From: Dehalococcoidia bacterium
GTDB lineage: Bacteria; Chloroflexota; Dehalococcoidia; Plut-88900
Assembly: GCA_965197645.1 (NCBI GenBank)
Contig: OZ240219.1
Coordinates: forward strand, 2,656,001 to 2,720,000
Direction of reading: 5' to 3'
Length of the DNA: 64,000 bases
Position numbers and translations under genes: made by a program. Shown piece after piece: positions 49,119 to 59,903 of this stretch (position 1 is its first letter; each line of letters begins with the position of its first letter). Under the pieces are notes generated by a model that saw only the letters and a program-made list of their open reading frames with translations, was not told the DNA's origin and made no database searches.

Positions 49119-50051
49119 TCACTTGAAGTTGGGAACTATCTCCTTGCCCAATCGCTCGACCTGCCCCTTGATCCGGTCCAACGGCGCAAGAGAGTTGAAC
49201 ACGAAGTGGGTCACCCCGGCGTCTATGAATCCCTCCATGCATCGCAGGCAGTCATCCGCATTGCCAAAGGGAAACCTGCCATCGTCCTCCAGAGGCACAT
49301 AGAAGTTCCGGCGGTTGGTCAACTCCTCCTCGCTTATGCGGAGGGCCTCGTTGCGGTCGTCGTCGATATAGTAGAAGAGGTGGACGGCCTTTGTGATGTT
49401 AGATGTGTCCCTGCCCAGCTCTTCGCCGAATCTACGTATCTGGTCCACGAGCTGAACGTACTCGTCGGCGCTGACCCTCACCGGATAGAAACCGTCGCAC
49501 CACCGGGCGGTCCTTCTGAGCATCGGCTCGGAAACGCCCCCGGCCCACAGCGGCGGATAAGGCCTTTGTTGGGGCGCGGGCAGCATCTGGATATCGTCGA
49601 ACTGGTAGAACCGGCCGTGGTGGCTGACAGGCTCGCCGCTCCAGAGGCCAGTCATGATCTCTAGGCTTTCATCGGTCCTTGCGCCCCGCTCCTTGAGGTC
49701 TACTCCGCAGGCAGTAAAGGCCGTCCGGGTGCCATCGGGCGGGCCGCCCACCCCGATCCCCAGTATAAACCTGCCGTTGGAAAGGACGTCCATGGCCGCC
49801 ACCTCTTTGGCCAGCACGGCGGGATGTCTCAACGGGAGGATGACGACACCGGTGCCGACAGTGATATTGGTGGTGAGATGGAGGAACGCGCTGGCGCCCA
49901 TCATTATGTCGAGGGCAGGCGGTTCGTTGACGAAGCCTTCGGGGAGCCAGATGGAGTCCAGGCCGATATCCTCGGCGAGGTTGGCAAACTCCGGCACCGG
50001 TATGTAGTCATGGATCCGGCTGTAGTGAAACCCTATCTTAATGTCTGCCAC
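49119..50051 (-). CDS. LLM class flavin/F420-dependent oxidoreductase
   Basis: LPLRHPAVLAKEVAAMDVLSNGR, PPLWAGG. Confidence 0.92.
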   Translation of the reverse strand: MADIKIGFHYSRIHDYIPVPEFANLAEDIGLDSIWLPEGFVNEPPALDIMMGASAFLHLTTNITVGTGVVILPLRHPAVLAKEVAAMDVLSNGRFILGIGVGGPPDGTRTAFTACGVDLKERGARTDESLEIMTGLWSGEPVSHHGRFYQFDDIQMLPAPQQRPYPPLWAGGVSEPMLRRTARWCDGFYPVRVSADEYVQLVDQIRRFGEELGRDTSNITKAVHLFYYIDDDRNEALRISEEELTNRRNFYVPLEDDGRFPFGNADDCLRCMEGFIDAGVTHFVFNSLAPLDRIKGQVERLGKEIVPNFK

Positions 50052-50121
50052 GGTGATTTTTGCCTTCCATAGAAAACGGGAGACCTGGAGACGATGAATT
50101 GCGCAAGGCCATACATTGCTC

Positions 50122-51327
50122 TCAATCGTCGGTGTGTATTGTCCTAATTTCGTTATGGGTAGGCGGCGGAGGAGCTAAACGATCTTGGTCCTTGCCAACG
50201 AGCTCAGCGAACTTGCGTCCTGCGGGAACGACGCGCCTCTCATACGAGCCAACGGACTTGTTGTAAGCTTCAACCGCCGACCCTAGTCCCTTGCCGATCT
50301 TTTCATAGTGGTCGACAAAAACGCGTAGCCGCTCGTACAGGTCTTCACCAGTTTGGCGGACTTTTTCTGCGCTTTCCGCAATTTGATATCGTTGCCAGCC
50401 ATTGGCCACGGCCCATAAGAGAGAAATCAACGACGCCGGGGTAGTGATGGCTACGCGTTTGCGCATGGCGTACTCTATCAAGTCGGAATTAGCATTCAGA
50501 GCGGCGGCTAGAAACTGGTCACCGGGGACAAACATGACCACAAAGTCAAGGGACCCGCTCACCTGCGCTCCGTAGTCCTTGCCAGCTAAGTCGTCCACTT
50601 GCTTTCGGAGGGCACCGGCGTGACGCTTCATAGCTTCGCCGACTGCCGCATCGTCATCTGCCTGCTGAGCCTCCAGGTATGCCTTCGTAGAGGCCTTAGC
50701 ATCTACTACCACCTTCCGCTGTCCGGGAAGCATGACAGTTAAATCAGGGCGGTCTCGAGACCCATTAACTTTCGCTTGCTCCGAAAAGTCACAATGCTCG
50801 ATCATGCCAGCCAGTTCCACCACTCGTCGAAGTTGTACTTCGCCCCAACTGCCTACCTGACTACTGTCGGTCAAAGCACTGGATAGCTTCTGGGTCTCGG
50901 CGGCCAGCAATTTCTCTTGCTGAATGAGGGATTCGATATTAGGGTTAAGTTTTTCGTAGTTTTCTTTCAGCGGCTTGACAAGGGCCTGGAACTGCTCGTG
51001 CTGCTGTTTGAACTCCCCCTTCGCCGATTCAAGGTTCTTCCCGAAGTTCTGCTCGGCGAGGGTTAGGAACGCTTTGTTGTTGTTCTGCAATGCATTGGCT
51101 GCCGTCGCTTGGAACGTCTCGCCGAACTTCTGGTTGGCGACTTCTACTAACTGTTTAGCATTGTCGACCTGTTCCAGTTGCCCTTCCAGACGAGCGACGG
51201 TCTCGCTGTGTTTGGACTCCGCTATGGCAATGCGAGTTTTACCCCGAAGCCCTTGTATCAACCAACACGCCAAGCCTCCAATTAAGAGCCCGACAACGAT
51301 CCCAACGATCCCGATGATTGCTTCCAT
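50122..51327 (-). CDS. rmuC: DNA recombination protein RmuC
   Basis: N-terminal TM, coiled coil, GSWGEVQLRRVVELAGM, RPD, VDAK, DFVVMFVP. Confidence 0.92.
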   Translation of the reverse strand: MEAIIGIVGIVVGLLIGGLACWLIQGLRGKTRIAIAESKHSETVARLEGQLEQVDNAKQLVEVANQKFGETFQATAANALQNNNKAFLTLAEQNFGKNLESAKGEFKQQHEQFQALVKPLKENYEKLNPNIESLIQQEKLLAAETQKLSSALTDSSQVGSWGEVQLRRVVELAGMIEHCDFSEQAKVNGSRDRPDLTVMLPGQRKVVVDAKASTKAYLEAQQADDDAAVGEAMKRHAGALRKQVDDLAGKDYGAQVSGSLDFVVMFVPGDQFLAAALNANSDLIEYAMRKRVAITTPASLISLLWAVANGWQRYQIAESAEKVRQTGEDLYERLRVFVDHYEKIGKGLGSAVEAYNKSVGSYERRVVPAGRKFAELVGKDQDRLAPPPPTHNEIRTIHTDD

Positions 51328-51493
51328 GCTCTAGCTCCCTTATCCCTCCGGGCTGTATAGTGACTCATCCACCTCTATCGGGCACATCGTGAGTATACTG
51401 TAGGCGGGATGGCGACTGTCAACGCTGGCTACACGCCGCCGGCAACCCCTACGGCACAGCGGCGGTCTAGCAGCGTAGAGCAAGGAGAAGATC

Positions 51494-52546
51494 ATGGTCA
51501 ACCTCTCAGCCGATAGGATCACAACCGTATGCCGGACTCTGCTGTCCGCCGGCGGGGCTACCGACCATCACGCATCGATAGTGGCCGAGCACCTGGCCGA
51601 TGCCAATCTGACCGGCCATGACTCCCACGGCGTAATCCGGATACCTCAGTACATGGAGGAGATCAAGCAGGGGAATCTGGACCCCGCGGCGGAGCCGGTC
51701 ATCGTCAAAGAAGACCGGGCCCTCGTCGAGGTGAACGGCAACAACACCTTCGGGCAGGTCGTTGGCAAGTATGCCACCGAGATCGCCCTATCCAAGGCCG
51801 GGGAGCACGGCATCAGCATGGTATCGATGTACAACCTCAACCACACCGGACGGATCGGCGCTTACCCCGAGATGATCGCCAGAGACGGAATGGCGGGCAT
51901 GATGTTCTGCGGATACGCTTCCAGGGGTGCGGGCGGGGTCGCACCCTTCGGCGGCCGAGAGGGACGGCTGGGCACCAATCCCATCGCCATCTCGTTCCCG
52001 CTTCCTTCCGGCAAGGTGGTCCTGCTGGACTTTGCCACGTCGATAGCCGCCGAGGGAAAGATAAGAGTCTACAAGTCCAGGGAAAAGATGTTGCCTGGCG
52101 AGTGGGTCCTGGACAAGGAGGGCAAGGTCAGCACTGATCCGGACGATTACTACGGTGGCGGTGCTCTCCTGCCCATGGGCGGAATGGACGGAGGCCACAA
52201 GGGCTATGCCCTTTCCTTCATGGTGCTGCTCCTCAGCGGCCTGTCTGAGGGCATCTTATCTTTGGACCCCGCAGCGGCCGGCCTCCAGTACGGCAACTCC
52301 ATCATTGCCATCGACATCGCCAGGTTTGCTCCGGTAGACCGGCTTGGAGAGCACGCATCGGGGCTGGTGGACCTAGTCAAGGATACGGCTCCGCTGCCCG
52401 GCTTCGACGAAGTGCTTTATCCGGGCGAGATCGAAGAGAGAAACCGGACGGAGAGAAGGGCGAACGGCGTCGAAGTGGAAGAGGCCACCTGGAGCAAAGT
52501 AACCGGCCTGCTGGAAGAGTACGGACTGGAGGAAGGGCCGGGCTAG
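51494..52546 (+). CDS. Ldh_2 family (malate/L-lactate/ureidoglycolate/sulfolactate) dehydrogenase
   Basis: GHDSHG, LGTNPIA, LDFATS, GHKGYAL, PGE.E. Confidence 0.9.
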   Translation: MVNLSADRITTVCRTLLSAGGATDHHASIVAEHLADANLTGHDSHGVIRIPQYMEEIKQGNLDPAAEPVIVKEDRALVEVNGNNTFGQVVGKYATEIALSKAGEHGISMVSMYNLNHTGRIGAYPEMIARDGMAGMMFCGYASRGAGGVAPFGGREGRLGTNPIAISFPLPSGKVVLLDFATSIAAEGKIRVYKSREKMLPGEWVLDKEGKVSTDPDDYYGGGALLPMGGMDGGHKGYALSFMVLLLSGLSEGILSLDPAAAGLQYGNSIIAIDIARFAPVDRLGEHASGLVDLVKDTAPLPGFDEVLYPGEIEERNRTERRANGVEVEEATWSKVTGLLEEYGLEEGPG

Positions 52547-52561
52547 CCCGAGTCGAGAAGA

Positions 52562-53209
52562 CTACCGGCCCCGGGGCTTGATGCTCACCTTTCGGTTGTC
52601 GCCGAGGCCGGTGCTCTCGGTGGTCACGTGGCGGTGGTCGGATAGAGCCATGTGAATAACCCGGCGCTCGCTGGGGGACATGGGCTCCAGCGTGAAGGCC
52701 CGGCCCGAGTTCCGGACCTTCTCCGCGAGGCGATGGGCCAAGCCGGTCAGCGACTTGTGCCTTCGCTGCTTGTACCCCTCGACGTCGATGTTGACGGGCT
52801 GCCAGCTCTCCAACCTGCGGCTGACCAGGAAGTTCACTATGTACTGGAGGGAGTTGAGGGTCATCCCCGACCGGCCGATGAGCAAGCCCGAATCATCGCC
52901 GATGATCTCGATGGAAAGGGGCCCGCCTGCGATCTCTTCCTGGTCCTTGAAGCGGACGGTGGCATCGGCATCCATCAGCCCGAGGAGCGTTTCAAGGACC
53001 TCCTTGGCCAGGATCTCGGCTTCGGGCGTCTCTGCCCTAGGGGTAACTCGAACTCTGGCAGGCTCACTGCGAATGCCGAGGATACCGGACCTACCTTCGG
53101 CGACGACGACGACGTCTACCTCCTCGCGCTCGGCGTCCAGTTCCTTGAGCGCTATCTCGATCGCCTCCTCCACCGTCTTCGCCGATATCTCCAGGCTCTC
53201 CCTCTCCAT
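52562..53209 (-). CDS. jag: Jag/KhpB/EloR RNA-binding protein
   Basis: KTVEEAI, KH domain LIGRSG, R3H ERRVIH. Confidence 0.93.
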   Translation of the reverse strand: MERESLEISAKTVEEAIEIALKELDAEREEVDVVVVAEGRSGILGIRSEPARVRVTPRAETPEAEILAKEVLETLLGLMDADATVRFKDQEEIAGGPLSIEIIGDDSGLLIGRSGMTLNSLQYIVNFLVSRRLESWQPVNIDVEGYKQRRHKSLTGLAHRLAEKVRNSGRAFTLEPMSPSERRVIHMALSDHRHVTTESTGLGDNRKVSIKPRGR

Positions 53210-54032
53210 TGACCACCGTCTCTTTCGAGTCCTCTACTGCCTCTTCGTCAGCGGCCGGTTGGCCGGAGGATCGGGCCGCGGCCGCCGGGGCAGGGATCAG
53301 GTCTCTGAAACCGCTGACGCGGTACTGCAAAGCAATTGTAATCACGTTGGAAACCACCCAGTACAGGGCCAGGCCGGCCGGGAATCCCAGGGTAAAGAAC
53401 CCGAACATAACCGGCATCATCCACTGCATCATAGTGTTCATGGACGCCTGTCTCGGGTCCTGGGGTGCGCTGGTCATCATCATCCTCTGCTGCACCCACA
53501 TGGACACGCCAACCAGTACAGGCATCAGGAACTTGGTCGGGTCCGGCTCGGCGAGGTCCATCCACAGGAAGCCGCTGTTTAGGGGAACGGCGTCGTGCAC
53601 TGCCGGCATCCAAGCCCACAACCGCTGAGACAGGTCCACGTAGCCCTCGGGAGATCTGGGCAATGCATTCAGAATGGCTTGATAGAGGCCGATCAGTATG
53701 GGCAGCTGAACGAACATGGGGCCCAGGCAGCCTATGGGATTGACACCCTCTTCCTTGTACAGCCGCATCGTCTCCTGGGATACCTTGCCCCTATCCTTGG
53801 CATAGCGTTTCTGGATCTCCCGGATTTTGGGCTGCAGGGACTGCATCGCTTTGGAAGCTTGCAGCTGACGCCTGGTCAGGGGGAACAGCGCTACTCGGAT
53901 CAATCCCGTGAAGGCGATTATGCTGATGCCGAAGTTATTGCCGAGAATGCTGTACAGGAAGATCAGGGCGTTCACCATGATATCGATGAACAGCCCGAAG
54001 AACTCTCGTATTATGTCCCAGAAAATGCCCAC
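53091..54032 (-). CDS. yidC: Membrane protein insertase YidC (short form)
   Basis: LQPKI..IQ..Y, NPIGCLGP..VQLPI, FPAGLALYW. Confidence 0.94.
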   Translation of the reverse strand: MGIFWDIIREFFGLFIDIMVNALIFLYSILGNNFGISIIAFTGLIRVALFPLTRRQLQASKAMQSLQPKIREIQKRYAKDRGKVSQETMRLYKEEGVNPIGCLGPMFVQLPILIGLYQAILNALPRSPEGYVDLSQRLWAWMPAVHDAVPLNSGFLWMDLAEPDPTKFLMPVLVGVSMWVQQRMMMTSAPQDPRQASMNTMMQWMMPVMFGFFTLGFPAGLALYWVVSNVITIALQYRVSGFRDLIPAPAAAARSSGQPAADEEAVEDSKETVVNGEGEPGDIGEDGGGGDRDSAQGTGRRARGGRRRRRRRR

Positions 54033-54043
54033 TCAGCTCCTCT

Positions 54044-55261
54044 TCACTGCCCTGAAGCCCAGCTTCGATTCAAGGAGCCCGTTTCGGCGTCCAAAGCGAA
54101 CAGTTCGTGGTTGGTGTTGACTACGTAGATCACGTTGCCGCCGGCGCCCACCTCCGCCAACACCCTGCCCCGGGCATCGAAGGGGGCTTCCCAGCCTGCG
54201 GCCTGTTGGCCGCTGATGGGATCTATGCCATATACCTTTCCATCTCGAGAGCCTACGACCAGCACCTGATCGCTCACCGAAGTGAAAGGCCCGGACAGGG
54301 AGCTCTTGTTGACCAGAACGGGGCTCGCTCTAACTCCCTGCCCCGTCTTGAACGGGCTTCGCCAGGCCGGGCTTCCATTGGATGCGTTTAGGGCATAGAC
54401 GTTCCCGTCCAAGGAACCTACGTAGATTATTTCTCCGGTGCCGGGGACCTGGGCCATGACGGCGCCGGACCAGAACCAGTTGCCTGCTTTGAACGTCCAG
54501 ATGGCTTTCTTCTCTGCGCCGATGGCGTAGAAGTTGTTGTCGAAGGAACCTACGTAGACCACTCCGTCTTCAACCAGGGGCCTGGCTATGACGGCGCCTC
54601 CGGCCTGGAACTCCAGTACCTTGTTGCCACTCTCGTTGACCCCGAAGACCTTCCCGCTAAGGGTGCCGAAATACACCACTCCGGCATCTACGACGGGCGT
54701 ACCCCAGATGGGGCTTTTGGCATCGAACAGGACGGCGCCCAGAAGGCCCTTGGGCTCTCCGGTGGCGGCATCGAGCGAGTAGAGCTTTCCGTCGTCGGAG
54801 CCTACATAGATGGTGTTGGTGACCGTGGAATAAGCGGGCCCGCCGAACACGGGCCCCATGCCGTCGGTCTCCGGATAGACCCAGTCTTTGCCCGAGCCTC
54901 TAACGTCGAGAGCGTACAACCGGCCGTAGTGGTCGCCGTCGCTCTCGTACACGGAGGTGGAGTAGAGGAGACTGTTCTCGTAGATGGGAGTGCCGTAGAT
55001 GGCTACCGGCTGCTGACCCTCTCCGAAGGGCTTCTCCTGCTGGTCGCCCCGAACGGTGTTCACTTCAATGATGGTAGTGAAGGCCCTATCCTGTTTGGAG
55101 GCCATGTAAACGTTTTCGTCAACCACTACGGGTCCGGACCAGCCGGTAAAGCTGAACCCCAGTCCGGTCTGGGAGCACGCCATCGAGACGACGGCGGCGA
55201 GGATGACCAGCGGTAGGATAAGTTTCGAGAGACGGGCCCTACGGGGGCCGCCAATAGGCAA
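54044..55261 (-). CDS. PQQ-like beta-propeller lipoprotein (BamB-like repeats); start uncertain
   Basis: Lipobox VSMAC; repeated IYVGS.DG.LY.L.A.TG...W blades. Confidence 0.85.
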   Translation of the reverse strand: MPIGGPRRARLSKLILPLVILAAVVSMACSQTGLGFSFTGWSGPVVVDENVYMASKQDRAFTTIIEVNTVRGDQQEKPFGEGQQPVAIYGTPIYENSLLYSTSVYESDGDHYGRLYALDVRGSGKDWVYPETDGMGPVFGGPAYSTVTNTIYVGSDDGKLYSLDAATGEPKGLLGAVLFDAKSPIWGTPVVDAGVVYFGTLSGKVFGVNESGNKVLEFQAGGAVIARPLVEDGVVYVGSFDNNFYAIGAEKKAIWTFKAGNWFWSGAVMAQVPGTGEIIYVGSLDGNVYALNASNGSPAWRSPFKTGQGVRASPVLVNKSSLSGPFTSVSDQVLVVGSRDGKVYGIDPISGQQAAGWEAPFDARGRVLAEVGAGGNVIYVVNTNHELFALDAETGSLNRSWASGQ

Positions 55262-55329
55262 CGAGCCTGCCCGCGCCAGCCGTCGCAGCGGTGGGGATGC
55301 AAGAGTACAACCTACGATCGTAGAGAGGT

Positions 55330-55539
55330 TCAAGGTATAGGGTCGTAGCCGCCTTTGGACAGCGGGTGACATCGGGCGAGGCGTTTTGCTGTGAGCCAAG
55401 CTCCCCTCGCTGTTCCGTGCTTTTCGATGGCGCCGGAACCGTAAGCGGAACAGGTGGGTTCATAGCGGCAAGCGGGGCCATAGTACGGCGATACAGCTGC
55501 CTGATAAAACTTTATCAGGCCGAGGGTAAAGCTCTTCAA
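55330..55539 (-). CDS. yidD: Membrane protein insertion efficiency factor
   Basis: CRYEPTCSAY...RCHP...GGYDPIP. Confidence 0.95.
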   Translation of the reverse strand: MKSFTLGLIKFYQAAVSPYYGPACRYEPTCSAYGSGAIEKHGTARGAWLTAKRLARCHPLSKGGYDPIP

Positions 55540-55548
55540 ATCTTCTCC

Positions 55549-55899
55549 TCAGACCGGTTGCGCCAGCAGGGAGCAGAGTAGACCTGCGCTGGAGAGCAAG
55601 TCATGTAATCTCTCTCGAAGATTCTGGTAGGTTGTATTGGTGGCGCCTTTCCGGCCTATTAGAACCAGGTCCCAGCCCTTTTGGGTCGTAAGCTCCCGAG
55701 TAACTTCCCGAAGCCGACGTTTGACCCGGTTCCTGAGAACCGCCCCGCCGAGACGCTTTCCCACGGAGAATCCGTACCTGTTGACTTCCAGGCCGTTGGG
55801 GTAGACCCCCAGTACCAGAAAATCGTTAGACCAGCGCTTTCCCCGTTTCAGGACCCGTACGAACTGTTCGTTCGTCTTGAGTCTCCGGTCCTGCGTCAT
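55549..55899 (-). CDS. rnpA: RNase P protein component
   Basis: RYGFSVGKRLGGAVLRNRVKRRLRE. Confidence 0.95.
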   Translation of the reverse strand: MTQDRRLKTNEQFVRVLKRGKRWSNDFLVLGVYPNGLEVNRYGFSVGKRLGGAVLRNRVKRRLREVTRELTTQKGWDLVLIGRKGATNTTYQNLRERLHDLLSSAGLLCSLLAQPV

Positions 55900-55940
55900 C
55901 CCGCTGCCGGGCTTCCCTTTCTTAAAGTTCTAGGTTATTG

Positions 55941-56078
55941 CTAGACGGCGATTCGTTGTCGTCCCTTCTGACGCCGTCTTCTAATTACGTCGCGGCCTCC
56001 CCGGGTATGCATACGGGCTATGAACCCGTGCTTACGCTTGCGAGGTCGCTTCTTTGGTTGATAGGTGCGCTTCGGCAC
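55941..56078 (-). CDS. rpmH: 50S ribosomal protein L34
   Basis: Not in the ORF track. GTG start; [45 protein letters not shown]. Confidence 0.97.
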   Translation of the reverse strand: MPKRTYQPKKRPRKRKHGFIARMHTRGGRDVIRRRRQKGRQRIAV

Positions 56079-56103
56079 TTGCCCGTCCGTCCTTTAAGTC
56101 GGG

Positions 56104-56132
56104 ATTATATTTAACCCCGATTTTAGTGTCAA
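56104..56132 (-). promoter_or_regulatory. Consensus sigma70 promoter of the rpmH operon
   Basis: TTGACA-17nt-TATAAT, a perfect match. Confidence 0.85.
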
Positions 56133-56331
56133 TTAACCCAGTTTATGCGGCCGTTCCAACACTCCCTACCATCTCCCTTGGTGACCGGAAAAGGGAGACG
56201 AGACAAAAGCGTAGGCGGCCCTGGATGGTATATTGTTAAACGCTCTACCCGGTTGATGCGATTGTGCATTGTATCACGACAAGGCCACCCGAAGCTATCG
56301 CCCAGGTCTCCTATCCCCCTACGGACGCCCC

Positions 56332-57057
56332 ATGTCGAAAGTAAGGCTGGATCTCCTGTTACTGCGGAAGGGCCTCGTCTCGAGCATAGAGGAGGCCCGA
56401 GGGTTGATCATGGCCGGCAAGGTGCGGCTGCAGGACCGGGTGATGGACAAGCCGGGCCACCAGCTGCGGGGAGATGAAGAGATAGTGCTGGCCGAAAGGC
56501 GTCGATACGTGGGCAGGGGAGGCATCAAGCTGGAGCATGCCCTGTCAGCGTTTGAGTTATCTGTGAAGGGGAAAACCGCCCTGGACGTCGGCGCCTCCAC
56601 CGGTGGGTTCACCGATTGCCTGCTTCAACAAGGCGCTGAAATGGTCTACGCGCTGGACGTGGGCCGAGGGCAGCTCGACTACCGTCTTAGGACCGACCGC
56701 CGCGTCACGGTGATGGAGAACATCAACGCTCACTACCCGTTCGAAATGCCGCAACTGGTCGATCTAGCCACCATCGACGTTGCGTTCATTTCGTTAGAGA
56801 AGGTGGTCCCCAACGTTCTGGAGCACCTCGAAGCGGACGGGCTGGTGGTAGCGCTGGTCAAGCCCCAGTTCGAGGCGAGGCGGGAGCAGGTGGAGAGGGG
56901 CGGCCTCGTGCGGGACCCGTCCGTGCATGCGGACGTTCTGGGGAGATTCGCGGTCTGGGCTATCGGTCAGAACCTCGGATTCGGGGGACTAACGCCCTCA
57001 CCTATTCTGGGGGCCAAGGGCAACCGGGAGTTCTTCGTGCTGCTTCGGAAGAACTGA
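56332..57057 (+). CDS. tlyA: TlyA family rRNA 2'-O-methyltransferase
   Basis: S4 domain RLD, YVGRGGIKL, DVGASTGGFTD, LVKPQFE, GNREF. Confidence 0.95.
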   Translation: MSKVRLDLLLLRKGLVSSIEEARGLIMAGKVRLQDRVMDKPGHQLRGDEEIVLAERRRYVGRGGIKLEHALSAFELSVKGKTALDVGASTGGFTDCLLQQGAEMVYALDVGRGQLDYRLRTDRRVTVMENINAHYPFEMPQLVDLATIDVAFISLEKVVPNVLEHLEADGLVVALVKPQFEARREQVERGGLVRDPSVHADVLGRFAVWAIGQNLGFGGLTPSPILGAKGNREFFVLLRKN

Positions 57058-57060
57058 CCC

Positions 57061-58629
<1,569 letters not shown>

Positions 58630-58840
58630 AAATATCGGCTCCGTTATGTCGAGTTATGTGTGTAGAGACCAAGCCAAATTACTCGGTAGGTTGCAGAGGG
58701 GAAAGGTGGTGAAGCAGTTGTCCGCTATTGGACATTCCGTGCCCAGGGTCGGTAACGGGCTGCTCGCTGGTTGGTAGGTAAGACTCAACGGAATATAGCT
58801 AACGATTGAGGTCTGCTGGGACGGAGGAATTATAACAAAA

Positions 58841-59815
58841 CTAGGACGAAACGTGGGGCGATTCCAGGCCCTTTGTCCCGACCCCCTTCGATTCCAGCCG
58901 GGCCATCACCTCTCCGACCCCCGCTACAAGCCCGTCTACAACCTCTCTAGCCGACAGGACCTCGTTGACGAGGCCGGCCCCCTGGCCCACGCTGAAGGGA
59001 TAGTCGACGCCGGGAAAGTGCCGGTCCATGAACTCCCGGCTGAAACCCCGCCCCGAATAGTTGCGATCGACCGAGGTACTGTCATCGGCAGCCATCAATA
59101 CGGCCCGTATGTGATCTTGGGATGCGCTGCTCTCCCTGGTGGCGATGAACCGGGTACCGACGTATATCCCCTCGGCGCCCAGCGCGAGGGCGGAGACCAA
59201 TGCTCGTGAATCGGTGACAGCGCCGCCCAATACAACCGGTATATCCAGCCTGTCCACAACCTGGGGCACCAGGGCCAGGTTGCCGATCTGCTGCCGGCTG
59301 GCCCCTCCCCCCGCCTCGGCGCCATTGGCAATGAAGATGTCGACCCCGGCCTCCTGGGCCTTCACGGCATGCCGCACCGTGGCGCCGACCTGGAGGGTCA
59401 CCATGCCAGCCTCCTTCAGGGTCGGTAGCAGGATCCTGGGATCTCCCGAGGACATGGTTGCGATCTCCACGCCCTCTTTCACTGCGATGTCCACCGCATC
59501 CCACATCTCCCGCTCCTTCCACTCCCGCAGAACGATGTGGGGGAAGTTGACCGAAAGAGGTTTATCGGTCAGGCTTTTGGCCTTGATCAGCTCGCGAAAG
59601 CCTTCGACTCCCATGCTGCTGGCCTTGATCAGCTCGCGGCGAAAGCCTTCGACTCCCATGCTGCTGGCCACCGTACCCAGGGCCCCGGCATTGGATACGG
59701 CCGCGGCCAACTCACCGAAGGAGACATCGGTCATACCCGCCTGTATGATGGGATGCCGTATCCCCAACAGCCGGGTGATGCGGGTGCTAATCACGGTTGA
59801 CGAGTCCATTTTCAA
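58841..59815 (-). CDS. Nitronate monooxygenase / FabK-like flavoprotein
   Basis: PIIQAGM, AAAVSNAGALG, GAEAGG, GTRFIATRES, GQGAGLV. Confidence 0.88.
   Translation of the reverse strand: MKMDSSTVISTRITRLLGIRHPIIQAGMTDVSFGELAAAVSNAGALGTVASSMGVEGFRRELIKASSMGVEGFRELIKAKSLTDKPLSVNFPHIVLREWKEREMWDAVDIAVKEGVEIATMSSGDPRILLPTLKEAGMVTLQVGATVRHAVKAQEAGVDIFIANGAEAGGGASRQQIGNLALVPQVVDRLDIPVVLGGAVTDSRALVSALALGAEGIYVGTRFIATRESSASQDHIRAVLMAADDSTSVDRNYSGRGFSREFMDRHFPGVDYPFSVGQGAGLVNEVLSAREVVDGLVAGVGEVMARLESKGVGTKGLESPHVSS
59578..59669. repeat. In-frame tandem duplication (42 + 45 nt)
   Basis: TGGCCTTGATCAGCTCGC(GGC)GAAAGCCTTCGACTCCCATGCTGC twice, then TGGCC. Confidence 0.95.
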
Positions 59816-59903
59816 AAAGGGCCAAGAACACTATTGCCACGTTGCCGAGACGGTTCCTCGGATGCACTTGCTACTTCGCGTAGCGGAATGACCCCGGAGA
59901 GGC

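Noticed and set aside
55262-55399. N-terminal extension of the propeller ORF
   Set aside because: Overlaps yidD and precedes the signal peptide/lipobox; probably not translated.
58644-58657. TTATGTCGAGTTAT also at ~63719 and partly at ~40064 as a shared regulator site
   Set aside because: One copy is the coding end of cmk and another lies between convergent genes; chance is sufficient.
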